A stretch of DNA of 64,000 bases from Clostridia bacterium (GTDB lineage: Bacteria > Bacillota > Clostridia > Oscillospirales > CAG-382). Numbering within the stretch: position 1 is the first letter of the stretch; each line of letters begins with the position of its first letter. Below, piece by piece: positions 1-7,883 of the stretch. The stretch is taken from the NCBI GenBank assembly GCA_017537345.1, contig JAFYKY010000012.1:134665-198664 (forward strand). Reading direction: 5' to 3'. The notes below the pieces were generated by a model. It worked only from the letters and a program-made list of their open reading frames with translations. It had not been told where the DNA came from and made no database searches. The position numbers and the translations under genes were made by a program.

Positions 1-472
1 TACCGTCAACGGGAGCGCCGTCGGTATCAACACAATCAACGGTGATGGTGTATGTAGCAACCTGCTTGAAGGTAATAACTACCTGATGGTTTGCGGTGAC
101 CGCAAAGGTGTATTTTCCGTCCTTGGCTTTGATCTCGATACCGTCCACCTTAACGGTGTCTACCAGATAACCGTCGTTCGAAGTAACGGTAAGCACGGCG
201 GTATCGTTGGTTACGTAGTAATATTCGTGCTTGGAGGGTCTGCTTCCCTCGGTGCTTTCCAGCTTGTAATCACCGCCGGTGCCGCAGGAAACGGTAACGG
301 TAAAATCTTCTGCGGGGGTGCTTTCCTCGGGCGTGCTCGTTTCGGGAACGCTCTCCTCGGAAACTTCTTCGCTTACCTCGGTGTTGCTGTTTTCCGCAAA
401 AGCGTAAAAAGGAACAAGCATAAGGCTTATTATTGCCGCCAGCAAAATAGCAGTCAGCTTACGTGTAAACAT
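1..472 (-). CDS. secreted protein, N-terminal 157 aa only (gene runs out of the window)
   Basis: Not in the supplied ORF track. Reverse complement from ATG at 472 reads MFTRKLTAILLAAIISLMLVPFYAFAENSNTEVSEEVSEESVPETSTPEE... (signal peptide plus acidic linker). AAGGAG at 482-487. Frame stays open to position 1. Confidence 0.6.
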   Translation of the reverse strand, partial: MFTRKLTAILLAAIISLMLVPFYAFAENSNTEVSEEVSEESVPETSTPEESTPAEDFTVTVSCGTGGDYKLESTEGSRPSKHEYYYVTNDTAVLTVTSNDGYLVDTVKVDGIEIKAKDGKYTFAVTANHQVVITFKQVATYTITVDCVDTDGAPVDG

Positions 473-513
473 AATTTTTATCTCCTTCGGATAAGTGGTT
501 TTTTTATGAGTGC

Positions 514-542
514 TTGACTTTAACAATTTGTTTTGCTATACT
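514..542 (+). promoter_or_regulatory. sigma-70-type promoter for proS
   Basis: TTGACT (514-519), 17-nt spacer, TATACT (537-542), upstream of the proS ATG at 679. Confidence 0.5.
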
Positions 543-678
543 GTTTTAAACTATTAGCAGCAAGTATTATATAACATAAGTGTGAACTTTTCAAGTCCGT
601 GGTAAAAATATTTACGAAATTCACAACTTATTAACCTGTTTACTGCCAAAATTTTCCTTTTAAAGGAGTTTTTATATA

Positions 679-2376
679 ATGAAAGTTTCGGTTTTATTGG
701 GCGAGCGTTATAAAAACGCCCCTGCAGATTGTATTGTTGAAAGCCAGGCTCTTATGGTCCGCGGCGGTTATATCAAGCAGGTGGGAAGCGGTATCTATTC
801 GCTGTTTACCCCCGCAAAGCGTATAATGAACAAAATAGAAAATATCATCCGCGAGGAGATGGACGCTATCGACGGTCAGGAGGTTATGTTCCCCGTGGTA
901 ATGCCCGCATCTCTCTGGCGTGAATCCGGCAGATTTGAAAGTATCGGTTCGGAGCTGCTCCGCTTTAAGGACAGAACGGGCAACGATATGGTTCTGGGTA
1001 TGACCCACGAAGAAGCGGCTGTTCAGCTTGCCCGCGATACTGCCCAGACATACACCAAATATCCCTTTATGATATATCAGATCCAGACCAAATTCCGTGA
1101 TGAGCCCCGCGCAAGAGGCGGCCTTATCCGCGTACGCGAATTCACTATGAAGGACGCATACTCCTTCCACAGAACTCAGGAGGATCTGGAGCAGTACTAC
1201 GAAAAGTGCTACAAGGCGTACGAGCGTATCTTTGAGCGCTGCGGTCTTAAAAACGTTGTTGCCGTTAAGTCCGATTCGGGTATGATGGGCGGTAAGGTAA
1301 GCCACGAATTTATGCTGCTTACCGATATCGGCGAAGACACTCTGGTTATCTGCGACGATTGCGATTACCGTTCCAATATGGAAGCGGCAGACAGCATTAC
1401 CGTAAACGATGAAAAGTACCCCGTAGAAGAGCTTTCCGAAATCCACACCCCCAACGTAAAGACTATAGATCAGCTTTGCGGCAAGGTTGGCAGAAAATCC
1501 AAGTACTTCTGCAAGGCGGTGGTCTACCGCGTTAACGAGGATGACAGCCACGTGGTAGTATTTATACGCGGCGACCTTGAGGTTAACGAAACCAAGCTCC
1601 GCAATTATCTGGGCAAGGAAATTCATCCCGCCGCAGATATAGACGAAGATCTGCTTACCGCAGGCTTTATCGGCCCCGTTGGCATAAGCAAGGACGTTAA
1701 GGTGGTTTACGATGAATCCTTGAAGGGCGCGCACAATCTGGTTTGCGGCGCAAACAAGGCAGATTACCATCTCACCGGTCTTGATCTTGAGCGTGACGTG
1801 GAGGGTGTAACCTACGTTTCCGTTGCAAAGGCGGTTTCCGGCGGTATTTGCCCCAAGTGCGGCAGAAGAAGTCTTAAGATCAAAAAAGGCGTAGAGATCG
1901 GCAATATCTTCCAGCTGGGTACCAAGTATTCCGAAGTTATGGGACTCAGATATACCGATGAAAACGGCGAACTTCAGACCCCCATTATGGGCTGTTACGG
2001 TATCGGCGTAGGCAGACTTTGCGCCTGCATTTGTCAGGAGCACAGAGATAACTTCGGTCCTATCTGGCCCAAATCCGTAGCACCTTGGCAGGTAGAGGTC
2101 TGCGCTTTGCGTGCGGACGAGCCTGCAGTAAAGGAATGTGCGGAAAAATTGGTAAAAGACCTTGAAGGCTTGGGAATAGAAGTGCTTTATGACGACAGAC
2201 CCGTTTCCGCAGGCTTTATGTTCTCGGATGCAGACCTTTTGGGCGTGCCCGTAAGAGCAATAGTCAGCCCCAAGAATATGGATAACGGCGAAATAGAGAT
2301 CGCCACCCGCGATAAGAGCGTTAAGGTGAACGTGCCGATAGATGAGGCGATCGCAAAGATCAAGGAATTGATATAA
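679..2376 (+). CDS. proS: prolyl-tRNA synthetase (bacterial type with insertion/editing domain)
   Basis: 565 aa. MVRGGYIKQVGSGIYSLFTP, FRDEPRARGGLIRVREFTMKDAYSF, GCYGIGVGRL. AAAGGAG RBS upstream. Confidence 0.95.
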   Translation: MKVSVLLGERYKNAPADCIVESQALMVRGGYIKQVGSGIYSLFTPAKRIMNKIENIIREEMDAIDGQEVMFPVVMPASLWRESGRFESIGSELLRFKDRTGNDMVLGMTHEEAAVQLARDTAQTYTKYPFMIYQIQTKFRDEPRARGGLIRVREFTMKDAYSFHRTQEDLEQYYEKCYKAYERIFERCGLKNVVAVKSDSGMMGGKVSHEFMLLTDIGEDTLVICDDCDYRSNMEAADSITVNDEKYPVEELSEIHTPNVKTIDQLCGKVGRKSKYFCKAVVYRVNEDDSHVVVFIRGDLEVNETKLRNYLGKEIHPAADIDEDLLTAGFIGPVGISKDVKVVYDESLKGAHNLVCGANKADYHLTGLDLERDVEGVTYVSVAKAVSGGICPKCGRRSLKIKKGVEIGNIFQLGTKYSEVMGLRYTDENGELQTPIMGCYGIGVGRLCACICQEHRDNFGPIWPKSVAPWQVEVCALRADEPAVKECAEKLVKDLEGLGIEVLYDDRPVSAGFMFSDADLLGVPVRAIVSPKNMDNGEIEIATRDKSVKVNVPIDEAIAKIKELI

Positions 2377-2391
2377 TTAAAATCCGTTGCG

Positions 2392-2487
2392 GCGAGGAAT
2401 TTAAAACGAGGAAATAGGAACGAGAAACGAGGAACGAATGGAAACCTTTTTTCGCGCAAAACGCGAAAAAAGCTACCGAAGTTCATA
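2392..2487. repeat. modular repeat, CGCG subfamily (heptamer array + module-A hairpin)
   Basis: Seven in-phase heptamers at 2392-2440 (GCGAGGA ATTTAAA ACGAGGA AATAGGA ACGAGAA ACGAGGA ACGAATG). Hairpin TTTTTTCGCG-caaaa-CGCGAAAAAA at 2447-2471, flanked by AATGGAAACC and GCTACCGAAGTTCAT. Same architecture at 22631-22727 and 62585-62689. Confidence 0.85.
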
Positions 2488-2510
2488 TTTTTCAGAAAGG
2501 ATAACTTACT

Positions 2511-3302
2511 ATGGGCAGACTTTTGGGTTCTCTCGCAGAGGTTGACGAACTTGACAGACCGGATCTTAACAAATGTCCGGATTGCAAATGCTTTTTCGCT
2601 TCGGAAAAATGCCCTATTTGCGGTAAGGTTTGCCCCGAGGAAATGCGGGCAGGCAACCGCAAGGCGGAAAAGAAGCGCCGCAAGCGCGGGGGCGGAAACG
2701 GCAGAGTGACCTTTGTGGAATGGTATCATTCCTGGTGGTTTATTCTGATAATGATGTTTTCCTTTACCTTTGTGGGAATAATCCTCCTTGCCACCAGCCC
2801 CAGAGCAAAATGGAAAAAGATACTGTTTTGTTCTGTTGCGGCGGTGTTTATGGTTGTGTCTTACTCATCCTTCGTTTATCCCGGCGGAATTTCCGGAATC
2901 GTATACGAAATCAAAAGCGTATTCGATAAGCCCGTAAACACCTCCCTTTCCAAGGAGGAATACGAAGCGAAATGCGAATACGTTTCGGCAGAGGATTTTT
3001 ACCGCAATCCCCAAAAATACGAAGACAAATATCTCCGCCTTGAGCTTATCGTAGTCAAAAAGGCAGTGGTTTACGAAAATTATTACGCTTCAGACGAGGA
3101 TTATTATCTGTGCGTTTCCGAGGACGGCAGATTTAACGTTCTGGTGAGATGCTGTTTCGTTTCCGGCTACGAATATCTGGTGGAGGGCGACGTTATTTCC
3201 GTTTACGGCGAGGGCGCGGGCCAAGCGTCCGCTTTCGATTTTGAAGGAAATACCTTTGATGCGCCTTGTCTTAACGGAGCGTACGTATACCTCACAGATT
3301 AA
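2511..3302 (+). CDS. zinc-ribbon membrane protein, function unknown
   Basis: 263 aa. N-terminal CPDCKCFFASEKCPICG zinc ribbon, Lys/Arg-rich linker, hydrophobic helices (WWFILIMMFSFTFVGIILLA; ILFCSVAAVFMVVSY), C-terminal soluble domain. Confidence 0.6.
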   Translation: MGRLLGSLAEVDELDRPDLNKCPDCKCFFASEKCPICGKVCPEEMRAGNRKAEKKRRKRGGGNGRVTFVEWYHSWWFILIMMFSFTFVGIILLATSPRAKWKKILFCSVAAVFMVVSYSSFVYPGGISGIVYEIKSVFDKPVNTSLSKEEYEAKCEYVSAEDFYRNPQKYEDKYLRLELIVVKKAVVYENYYASDEDYYLCVSEDGRFNVLVRCCFVSGYEYLVEGDVISVYGEGAGQASAFDFEGNTFDAPCLNGAYVYLTD

Positions 3303-3309
3303 ATAAAAC

Positions 3310-3339
3310 AAAAAGAGCAGACATCGTCTGCTCTTTTTT
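3310..3339 (+). terminator. rho-independent terminator (A-tract / hairpin / T-tract)
   Basis: AGAGCAGAC (3314-3322) atc GTCTGCTCT (3326-3334) followed by TTTTTT. A near-identical hairpin occurs at 35735-35755. Confidence 0.7.
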
Positions 3340-3442
3340 AATGATGAACCCACCCCAAAAACGCGTGGCGTTTTCGGGGAACCCCGGGAATGAGGAATGA
3401 TGAATGATGAATGTCGGTAGTTTTTTGCGTAACGCAAAAAAC
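3338..3442. repeat. modular repeat (inverted H2 hairpin + heptamer array + module-A hairpin)
   Basis: TTAATGATGAA terminus. CCCCAAAAACGC-gtg-GCGTTTTCGGGG (3353-3379) with CGGGGAACCCCG palindrome. Heptamers AATGAGG AATGATG AATGATG AATGTCG (3389-3416). GTTTTTTGCG-taa-CGCAAAAAAC (3420-3442). Confidence 0.85.
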
Positions 3443-3458
3443 AAATACAATTATTGGC

Positions 3459-3585
3459 GGGACGATAGGGATATCGTCCCCTACGATTATCGAATAGCCG
3501 TGGCTGTTCGCAGACCGTAGGGGACGATGTCCCCACCTGCACCCCACAAAACCTGCGGTTTTGCGGGGAACCCCGCCGTCGTCCC
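3459..3585. repeat. REPIN-like inverted REP doublet; right REP has an H2 module nested in its loop
   Basis: Left REP is GGGACGATA-ggga-TATCGTCCC followed by CTAC (3459-3484). 32-nt linker GATTATCGAATAGCCGTGGCTGTTCGCAGACC. Right REP is GTAG (3517-3520) followed by GGGACGA ... CGTCGTCCC (to 3585), with an inverted H2 at 3539-3574 inside. The same doublet and linker occur at 52205-52288. Confidence 0.85.
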
Positions 3586-3711
3586 GCAAACTGTTCGCAC
3601 GAAACTAATGTCTGTTGCATCGAAAAAGCAAGTTTTTGAAGTGAGCGATGGCAGAATGACGCGTAGAAAAACGCAAAAAAATAAAATCCTTTTTAAGGAT
3701 TTTTTCCTAAT

Positions 3712-3749
3712 AAAAAACAAAAGGCGAGAGATATATTTAAATCTCTCGC
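3712..3749 (-). terminator. rho-independent terminator downstream of cysK (bidirectional hairpin)
   Basis: GCGAGAGAT (3724-3732) / ATCTCTCGC (3741-3749) with T-tracts on both strands. A second hairpin AAATCCTT/AAGGATTT lies at 3684-3702. Confidence 0.6.
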
Positions 3750-3788
3750 TTTTCTTATTTTTTTATTTCGTGCGTTTTTCGTTCTGCG

Positions 3789-4769
3789 TTATTCTGTCGA
3801 GCGAAAGCGCAAAAAATTGGGGCAGCTTAAATACCTTTCTCCCGTATCGGGTAAAAGCACTACGATGGTTTTTCCCTCGTTTTCCTGCTTTTTTGCCTCT
3901 CGTACGGCGGCGCAAAGGGCGGCGCCGGAGGAAATTCCCGCCAGTATTCCTTCTTTTTTTGCAAGCAGGCGGGCGTATTTAAAGGCTTCCTCCTCGGTTA
4001 CCGTTTCCACCGTATCGTAAACGGAGGTATCCAGCACATCGGGCACAAATCCCGCGCCGATCCCCTGCAAGCCGTGAGCGCCTTTTTTGCCTCCCGAAAG
4101 CACGGGGGAGCCTGCAGGCTCAACGGCGACTACCTTGGTTTTCGGGTTTTTCTCTTTTAAAAATCTTCCCGTGCCGGTAATGGTTCCGCCGGTGCCCACG
4201 CCGCACACAAAAATATCCACGTTTCCGTCGGTATCTTCATATATCTCTCTGCCCGTGGTATCAAAATGGGCTTTGGGGTTTGCGGGGTTGGTAAACTGCC
4301 CCGCAATAATACTGCCCTTTATCTCTTTCAAAAGCTCGTTTGCTTTTGCGATCGCGCCGTCCATCCCATCGTTTGCGGGGGTAAGCACAAGGGAGGCGCC
4401 GTAGGCGGAAATAAGCATTTTTCTTTCTTCCGACATATTTTCGGGCATAACGATAATGCATTTGTACCCCCTCACGGCGCAAAGCGCGGCAAGACCTATA
4501 CCCGTATTACCCGAGGTAGGCTCGATAATCACCGTGTTTTTATTGATGATACCTGCCTTTTCGCCTTCGTCCAGAATACTTTTCGCTACTCTGTCCTTGG
4601 CGCTTCCGCCGGGGTTAAAGGATTCAAGCTTTGCAATAACGCGGCAGTTGAGCGAAAGCTCTTTTTTTATGTTGTTAAGCTCCAGAAGGGGAGTGCCGCC
4701 TATGAGAGCGTCTGCTCTCTGATAAATTTTTTCCATATTATTCCTGAGCAAATCTGCTGTAATATTCAA
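3789..4769 (-). CDS. cysK: cysteine synthase A (O-acetylserine sulfhydrylase)
   Basis: 326 aa. GGTPLLELN, KLESFNPGGSAKDR, PTSGNTGIGLA. Alternative start ATG at 4736, 1 nt after the upstream stop, is plausible. Confidence 0.9.
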   Translation of the reverse strand: MNITADLLRNNMEKIYQRADALIGGTPLLELNNIKKELSLNCRVIAKLESFNPGGSAKDRVAKSILDEGEKAGIINKNTVIIEPTSGNTGIGLAALCAVRGYKCIIVMPENMSEERKMLISAYGASLVLTPANDGMDGAIAKANELLKEIKGSIIAGQFTNPANPKAHFDTTGREIYEDTDGNVDIFVCGVGTGGTITGTGRFLKEKNPKTKVVAVEPAGSPVLSGGKKGAHGLQGIGAGFVPDVLDTSVYDTVETVTEEEAFKYARLLAKKEGILAGISSGAALCAAVREAKKQENEGKTIVVLLPDTGERYLSCPNFLRFRSTE

Positions 4770-7047
4770 TATACTGCTTCATCTGGTGCATCTTGTATAC
4801 GCCCTTCCAATCGTCTTTGCCCCAAAGCGCCATGGGAGTCATATAATGGGGGATATCGAAAACGATAATTCCATCGGAAAGAGTGTACTGCAGTGAAAGG
4901 GATTTTTCCGTTTCTTCAAAGCGTTTGGAGGAATAGTTTATCTCAAACACCTCCGCATCGTGCCAGAAATCCGCGCCCGCTTTTTCTATTCCCTTTTTCC
5001 ACGCCTGACAGTATTTAAGCCAATCTCCGTAGACCTTATCGGAAACAACAAGGCTTTGCTCTCTGCCAAGGCAATCCTGCACCGCAACAATATCCACCAC
5101 CGGCTTTTCTCCCTCGGCGGCGGGCTTTAACAGATCGTAAAGCTTATCCGAAATCTTGTCAACACTGCCGGAACGCCATATAGCGGGGGCGATCATTATC
5201 AGAGCGTCCTCGTCCAGCTTACGTATCACCTTGGACTGACCTTCGTATACCTTGCGGGCGGCTTCCACACCGCCGCTGAAATTAAGCCAGTAATCGCAGG
5301 TTTCATCGGAAAGATAATATCCGCCGAAAGCGGGATGGTCCCCGTACATTTCGTCAATATCCTTAATAACCTTTTCGCCGTCCGCCACTATAGCATCGTA
5401 CTGCGCCTGATTTTTTGAGGGGGCGGTGAAATCCGCATCGTGAATAGTGCCGATAAACACCTTCATACCCAGCTTTTCAGCCGCGTCAAGCACCGCCTTG
5501 CACATATCCTCCGTGCCGTAGGTGGGGGTGTATGTATATCCGGCGGCGGTAATGTTTTTGCCGTTTATAAGGGTGGTCTTTGCGTTGTAATGGGTGGAAT
5601 ACTGAATAATCACCGTACTCATACCCAGATCCCGCATACCTTTAAGGGAAAGATACCAGCTGTACGCATCGTTCTGTGTGGAAATGTCGTTTCCTCCGTT
5701 GGTGGGAAGCTGGTAAAAACCGCCGTCCACTACGGGCAAAGCCACGGTCTTGTTAAAGGTCTGAATTTCGTTTACCTCGCCGTCACATTTAAAAGAAAGG
5801 GTAAATTCACCGGATTCCACGGGGGTTTCAAGCAAAATAAGGGTAGTGTGCAGGCCTGCGGCGGAATTTTTTATAACCTTTCCTGCGGGAGAAATATCCG
5901 TAATTTCTGCGGTGGAAAGTATGTTCAAAGCCGTTACCGCACCCTTGGCTTTTACGGTCAGCGCACCGTCAACCTTTACGCCCGCATTTACAATGCCGTC
6001 GGTAAGGGCTTTGTCCCCTGCGCTCTTTATGGTGTTCACATCACCTACGGGAAGGGCAAGGGGAGGAGTGTATTCTTTTCTTGCGACAGAAGTATTTGCG
6101 CCCCAGATCTCAATTTCATCGGTGGCGAAAATTCCGTCCGCATAAGTAAATACCTTTATATATCTCGCTTCCACCGTGGCGGGACGGGTGACGGTGAATC
6201 GGTTTTGCTTGTTCTTTGCTTCCACAAGGAAGGATTGACCGAAATCTTCCCAGCTTTCGCCGTCTTTGGAATAACGTACGGCTATCCGTTCGGGAATCAC
6301 CGTTTTTATATCACCGTAAAGGAACGCGGAAACTGATACCTCACAAACGTTTTTCGCTTCGCCGAGATCAAGTGTGATAATATTTCCCTTTTTGCCGTTG
6401 CGGGGATCGGTATCGTGGGCGGTCTTTGCGGCAACAACGCTGTCGTCCCCCGTAAAATACACGCCGTCCGTAAGCTTTAACCCGTCTTTATCGGAATAAT
6501 CTCTCATTCCCGTGCCTTCCCATACGTAGGATGCGCCTAAGGAAAGCAGGGTCTTTTTTGCATAAGGCAGGGCGGTAACCGTAACCGAATCAAGGGTAAC
6601 GCTCTTTTTTTCAAAAACTATATTAAACGCCTTGCAGTCTGTGTTAAAATTAAAGGTGTCGGTATCAAATTCGCCCAAAAACTTTGTGAAATTATATCCG
6701 TCGTCAGATGCAAATACCTTGTAAGAGCAGTCTGCTCCCTTTAATTCCACCTTGCCGTCGGGGGCGGGGAAGCCGATATCTATAAACAGGGAAACACCGT
6801 TTAAGGGCAGTTTTTCTGTGTGGGTGTTGTTATACCAATCGGTAAAGGTAAGCTCCTCGGGGGCGTTTTCGTCCAAAGCCAGAACGTACTTTCCCTCGCT
6901 TTCCGTCATCACCGTGCCGCTTTCGGGCCATACACGGATATTTTCCAAAGCATAAGGCTCCATAAGCGGGGGCGTGGTTTCACAGCTTGTCATAAGAATA
7001 CCTCCAAGTAGGGCAATTAAAAGAAAAATACAAACGCTTCTTTTCAT
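4738..7047 (-). CDS. lipoprotein with discoidin (F5/8 type C)-like domain and DUF4434-like glycoside-hydrolase-like C-terminal domain
   Basis: 769 aa. Signal plus lipobox-like LLGGILMTSC. Central segment ...LKLTDGVY...ARYIKVF...DEIEIWG resembles F5/8-C. C-terminal TIM-barrel-like region. GGAGG RBS. Confidence 0.6.
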   Translation of the reverse strand: MKRSVCIFLLIALLGGILMTSCETTPPLMEPYALENIRVWPESGTVMTESEGKYVLALDENAPEELTFTDWYNNTHTEKLPLNGVSLFIDIGFPAPDGKVELKGADCSYKVFASDDGYNFTKFLGEFDTDTFNFNTDCKAFNIVFEKKSVTLDSVTVTALPYAKKTLLSLGASYVWEGTGMRDYSDKDGLKLTDGVYFTGDDSVVAAKTAHDTDPRNGKKGNIITLDLGEAKNVCEVSVSAFLYGDIKTVIPERIAVRYSKDGESWEDFGQSFLVEAKNKQNRFTVTRPATVEARYIKVFTYADGIFATDEIEIWGANTSVARKEYTPPLALPVGDVNTIKSAGDKALTDGIVNAGVKVDGALTVKAKGAVTALNILSTAEITDISPAGKVIKNSAAGLHTTLILLETPVESGEFTLSFKCDGEVNEIQTFNKTVALPVVDGGFYQLPTNGGNDISTQNDAYSWYLSLKGMRDLGMSTVIIQYSTHYNAKTTLINGKNITAAGYTYTPTYGTEDMCKAVLDAAEKLGMKVFIGTIHDADFTAPSKNQAQYDAIVADGEKVIKDIDEMYGDHPAFGGYYLSDETCDYWLNFSGGVEAARKVYEGQSKVIRKLDEDALIMIAPAIWRSGSVDKISDKLYDLLKPAAEGEKPVVDIVAVQDCLGREQSLVVSDKVYGDWLKYCQAWKKGIEKAGADFWHDAEVFEINYSSKRFEETEKSLSLQYTLSDGIIVFDIPHYMTPMALWGKDDWKGVYKMHQMKQYIEYYSRFAQE

Positions 7048-7070
7048 TTTTTCATACCTCCGTTAAGTTG

Positions 7071-7099
7071 ATTTTAACACATACGGGCAAGCTTGTCAA
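7071..7099 (-). promoter_or_regulatory. sigma-70-type promoter for the lipoprotein gene
   Basis: Minus strand reads TTGACA (7094-7099), 17 nt, TGtTAAAAT (-10 at 7071-7076). Confidence 0.55.
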
Positions 7100-7227
7100 T
7101 CAAACAATGAATAAATGCACTTTCGTCTGCAGAGAAAATATATTAATATATGTTTAATATATGTTGCTTTTGCGAGAATATTTTTGCATTTGTTGAATAA
7201 AAAGTGAATAAAAACACAAAAAGCCCC

Positions 7228-7255
7228 TTGAATTTATGCAAAAATGTGCTATAAT
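7228..7255 (+). promoter_or_regulatory. strong extended -10 promoter driving the large ncRNA
   Basis: TTGAAT (7228-7233), 16 nt, TGcTATAAT (TG 7247-7248, -10 at 7250-7255). No ORF or RBS follows. Confidence 0.65.
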
Positions 7256-7261
7256 AAATGA

Positions 7262-7882
7262 GCGATGGCGCAGTATTCTAGTTAGCGCGGCGTTTTTGAA
7301 GGCGTGCCTAAAAATACGTCAAACGGCAAATCGATGAAGCTCCTGGTGTTTGCTTTGTACGCCCAGTTCAGGGTGGATGCTGGGAGAGTGGACTGTGGGC
7401 GCACCCCAACGGCATGGGGCGGCTACCCCACTTTCCTTTGAGGCTTTTTCTTCGTGGCGGACCTACACAAACAAAAAAAGGGGGCTACGGGATTAAGATT
7501 AAACCTATCACGCGGTACGACCATTACAGATGCTGTGGATAGATGTAGCCGGCTTTGAGTGGGTCATGGCGGATAACGTTCATGTCGGGGTGAGATTAGC
7601 TACCGAACCCCGAATAAATCGCGTTTGAAATCATGCCTGCAAAAGAAGATAAGAAAACGTTTTGCGCTATGGCGGAAAACGCCTAGACTGTTATCGTGGC
7701 AGATAAACACGTATGGGCACGGTGCGGATTACAGTGCGGACTCATAGGCAATCAAGTCGCGGAACCGGTAACGCTCCGCCTCGGTCTTTAATGGGGAACC
7801 CCTTCATCGGCGACGAGAAGGAGACCGCGGGGAAATCCTACTTGACCGTAAGCCGCAAGGTCTACGTACCGTGCCGCCATTA
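7262..7882 (+). ncRNA. large structured ncRNA, probable OLE (ornate, large, extremophilic) RNA
   Basis: About 620 nt directly after a strong promoter. The only ORF of 60 aa or more is 7713-7916 (67 aa, no RBS). Visibly more G+C-rich than the AT-rich 7100-7255 region. Helices: ATGGCG 7265-7270 / CGCCAT 7875-7880; GGCACGGT 7716-7723 / ACCGTGCC 7868-7875; CGGGGT 7586-7591 / ACCCCG 7607-7612; GCGGA 7759-7763 / TCCGC 7775-7779; CCTCGGTC 7779-7786 / GACCGCGG 7823-7830. Synteny with the oapA-like/dxs/tlyA/nadK/argR/recN cluster. Class not verifiable without a covariance-model search. Confidence 0.55.
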
Positions 7883-7883
7883 T

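Noticed and set aside
2447-2471. Module-A hairpins as ordinary rho-independent terminators.
   Set aside because: The stems are A/T-rich with only 3-4 G:C pairs and are not followed by a T-tract in either orientation. Several lie inside operons directly upstream of an RBS. Genuine terminators nearby (15621-15650, 31723-31754, 35730-35761) look quite different.
3090-3620. ORFs spanning repeat clusters. Examples: 3090-3620, 3338-3589, 3527-3982, 7871-8227, 7883-8224, 8752-8976, 15269-15868, 15478-15771, the N-terminal part of 20754-21278, and 53324-53656.
   Set aside because: Their 'proteins' are simply translated hairpin modules: recurrent PAKPQVLWGG, GFAGNP, KNLPKF and RRGRRPRRP strings in both strands. 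They overlap each other in several frames and have no RBS.
3642-3655. An 11-nt match TGAGCGATGGC shared by 3642-3652 and the predicted 5' end of the ncRNA (7259-7269), considered as a possible second copy or fragment.
   Set aside because: For a 620-nt query against both strands of 64 kb, roughly 20 chance 11-mer matches are expected, and similarity does not extend beyond the 11-mer.
7262-7882. Identification of the large ncRNA as RNase P RNA, tmRNA, SRP RNA, 6S RNA, a T-box or cobalamin leader, a c-di-AMP (ydaO) riboswitch, or a group II intron.
   Set aside because: Hallmark strings are absent: no GGAAAGTCC/ACAGAA (RNase P), no GGTTCGA T-arm, CCA end or ALAA-type tag (tmRNA), no GGTCCGGAAGGAAGCAGC (SRP), no T-box or B12-box, and no group II domain V. 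The stretch CGGGGTGAGATTAGCTACCGAACCCCG only loosely resembles ydaO motifs and is in the wrong arrangement. At ~620 nt, the length also excludes most of these.
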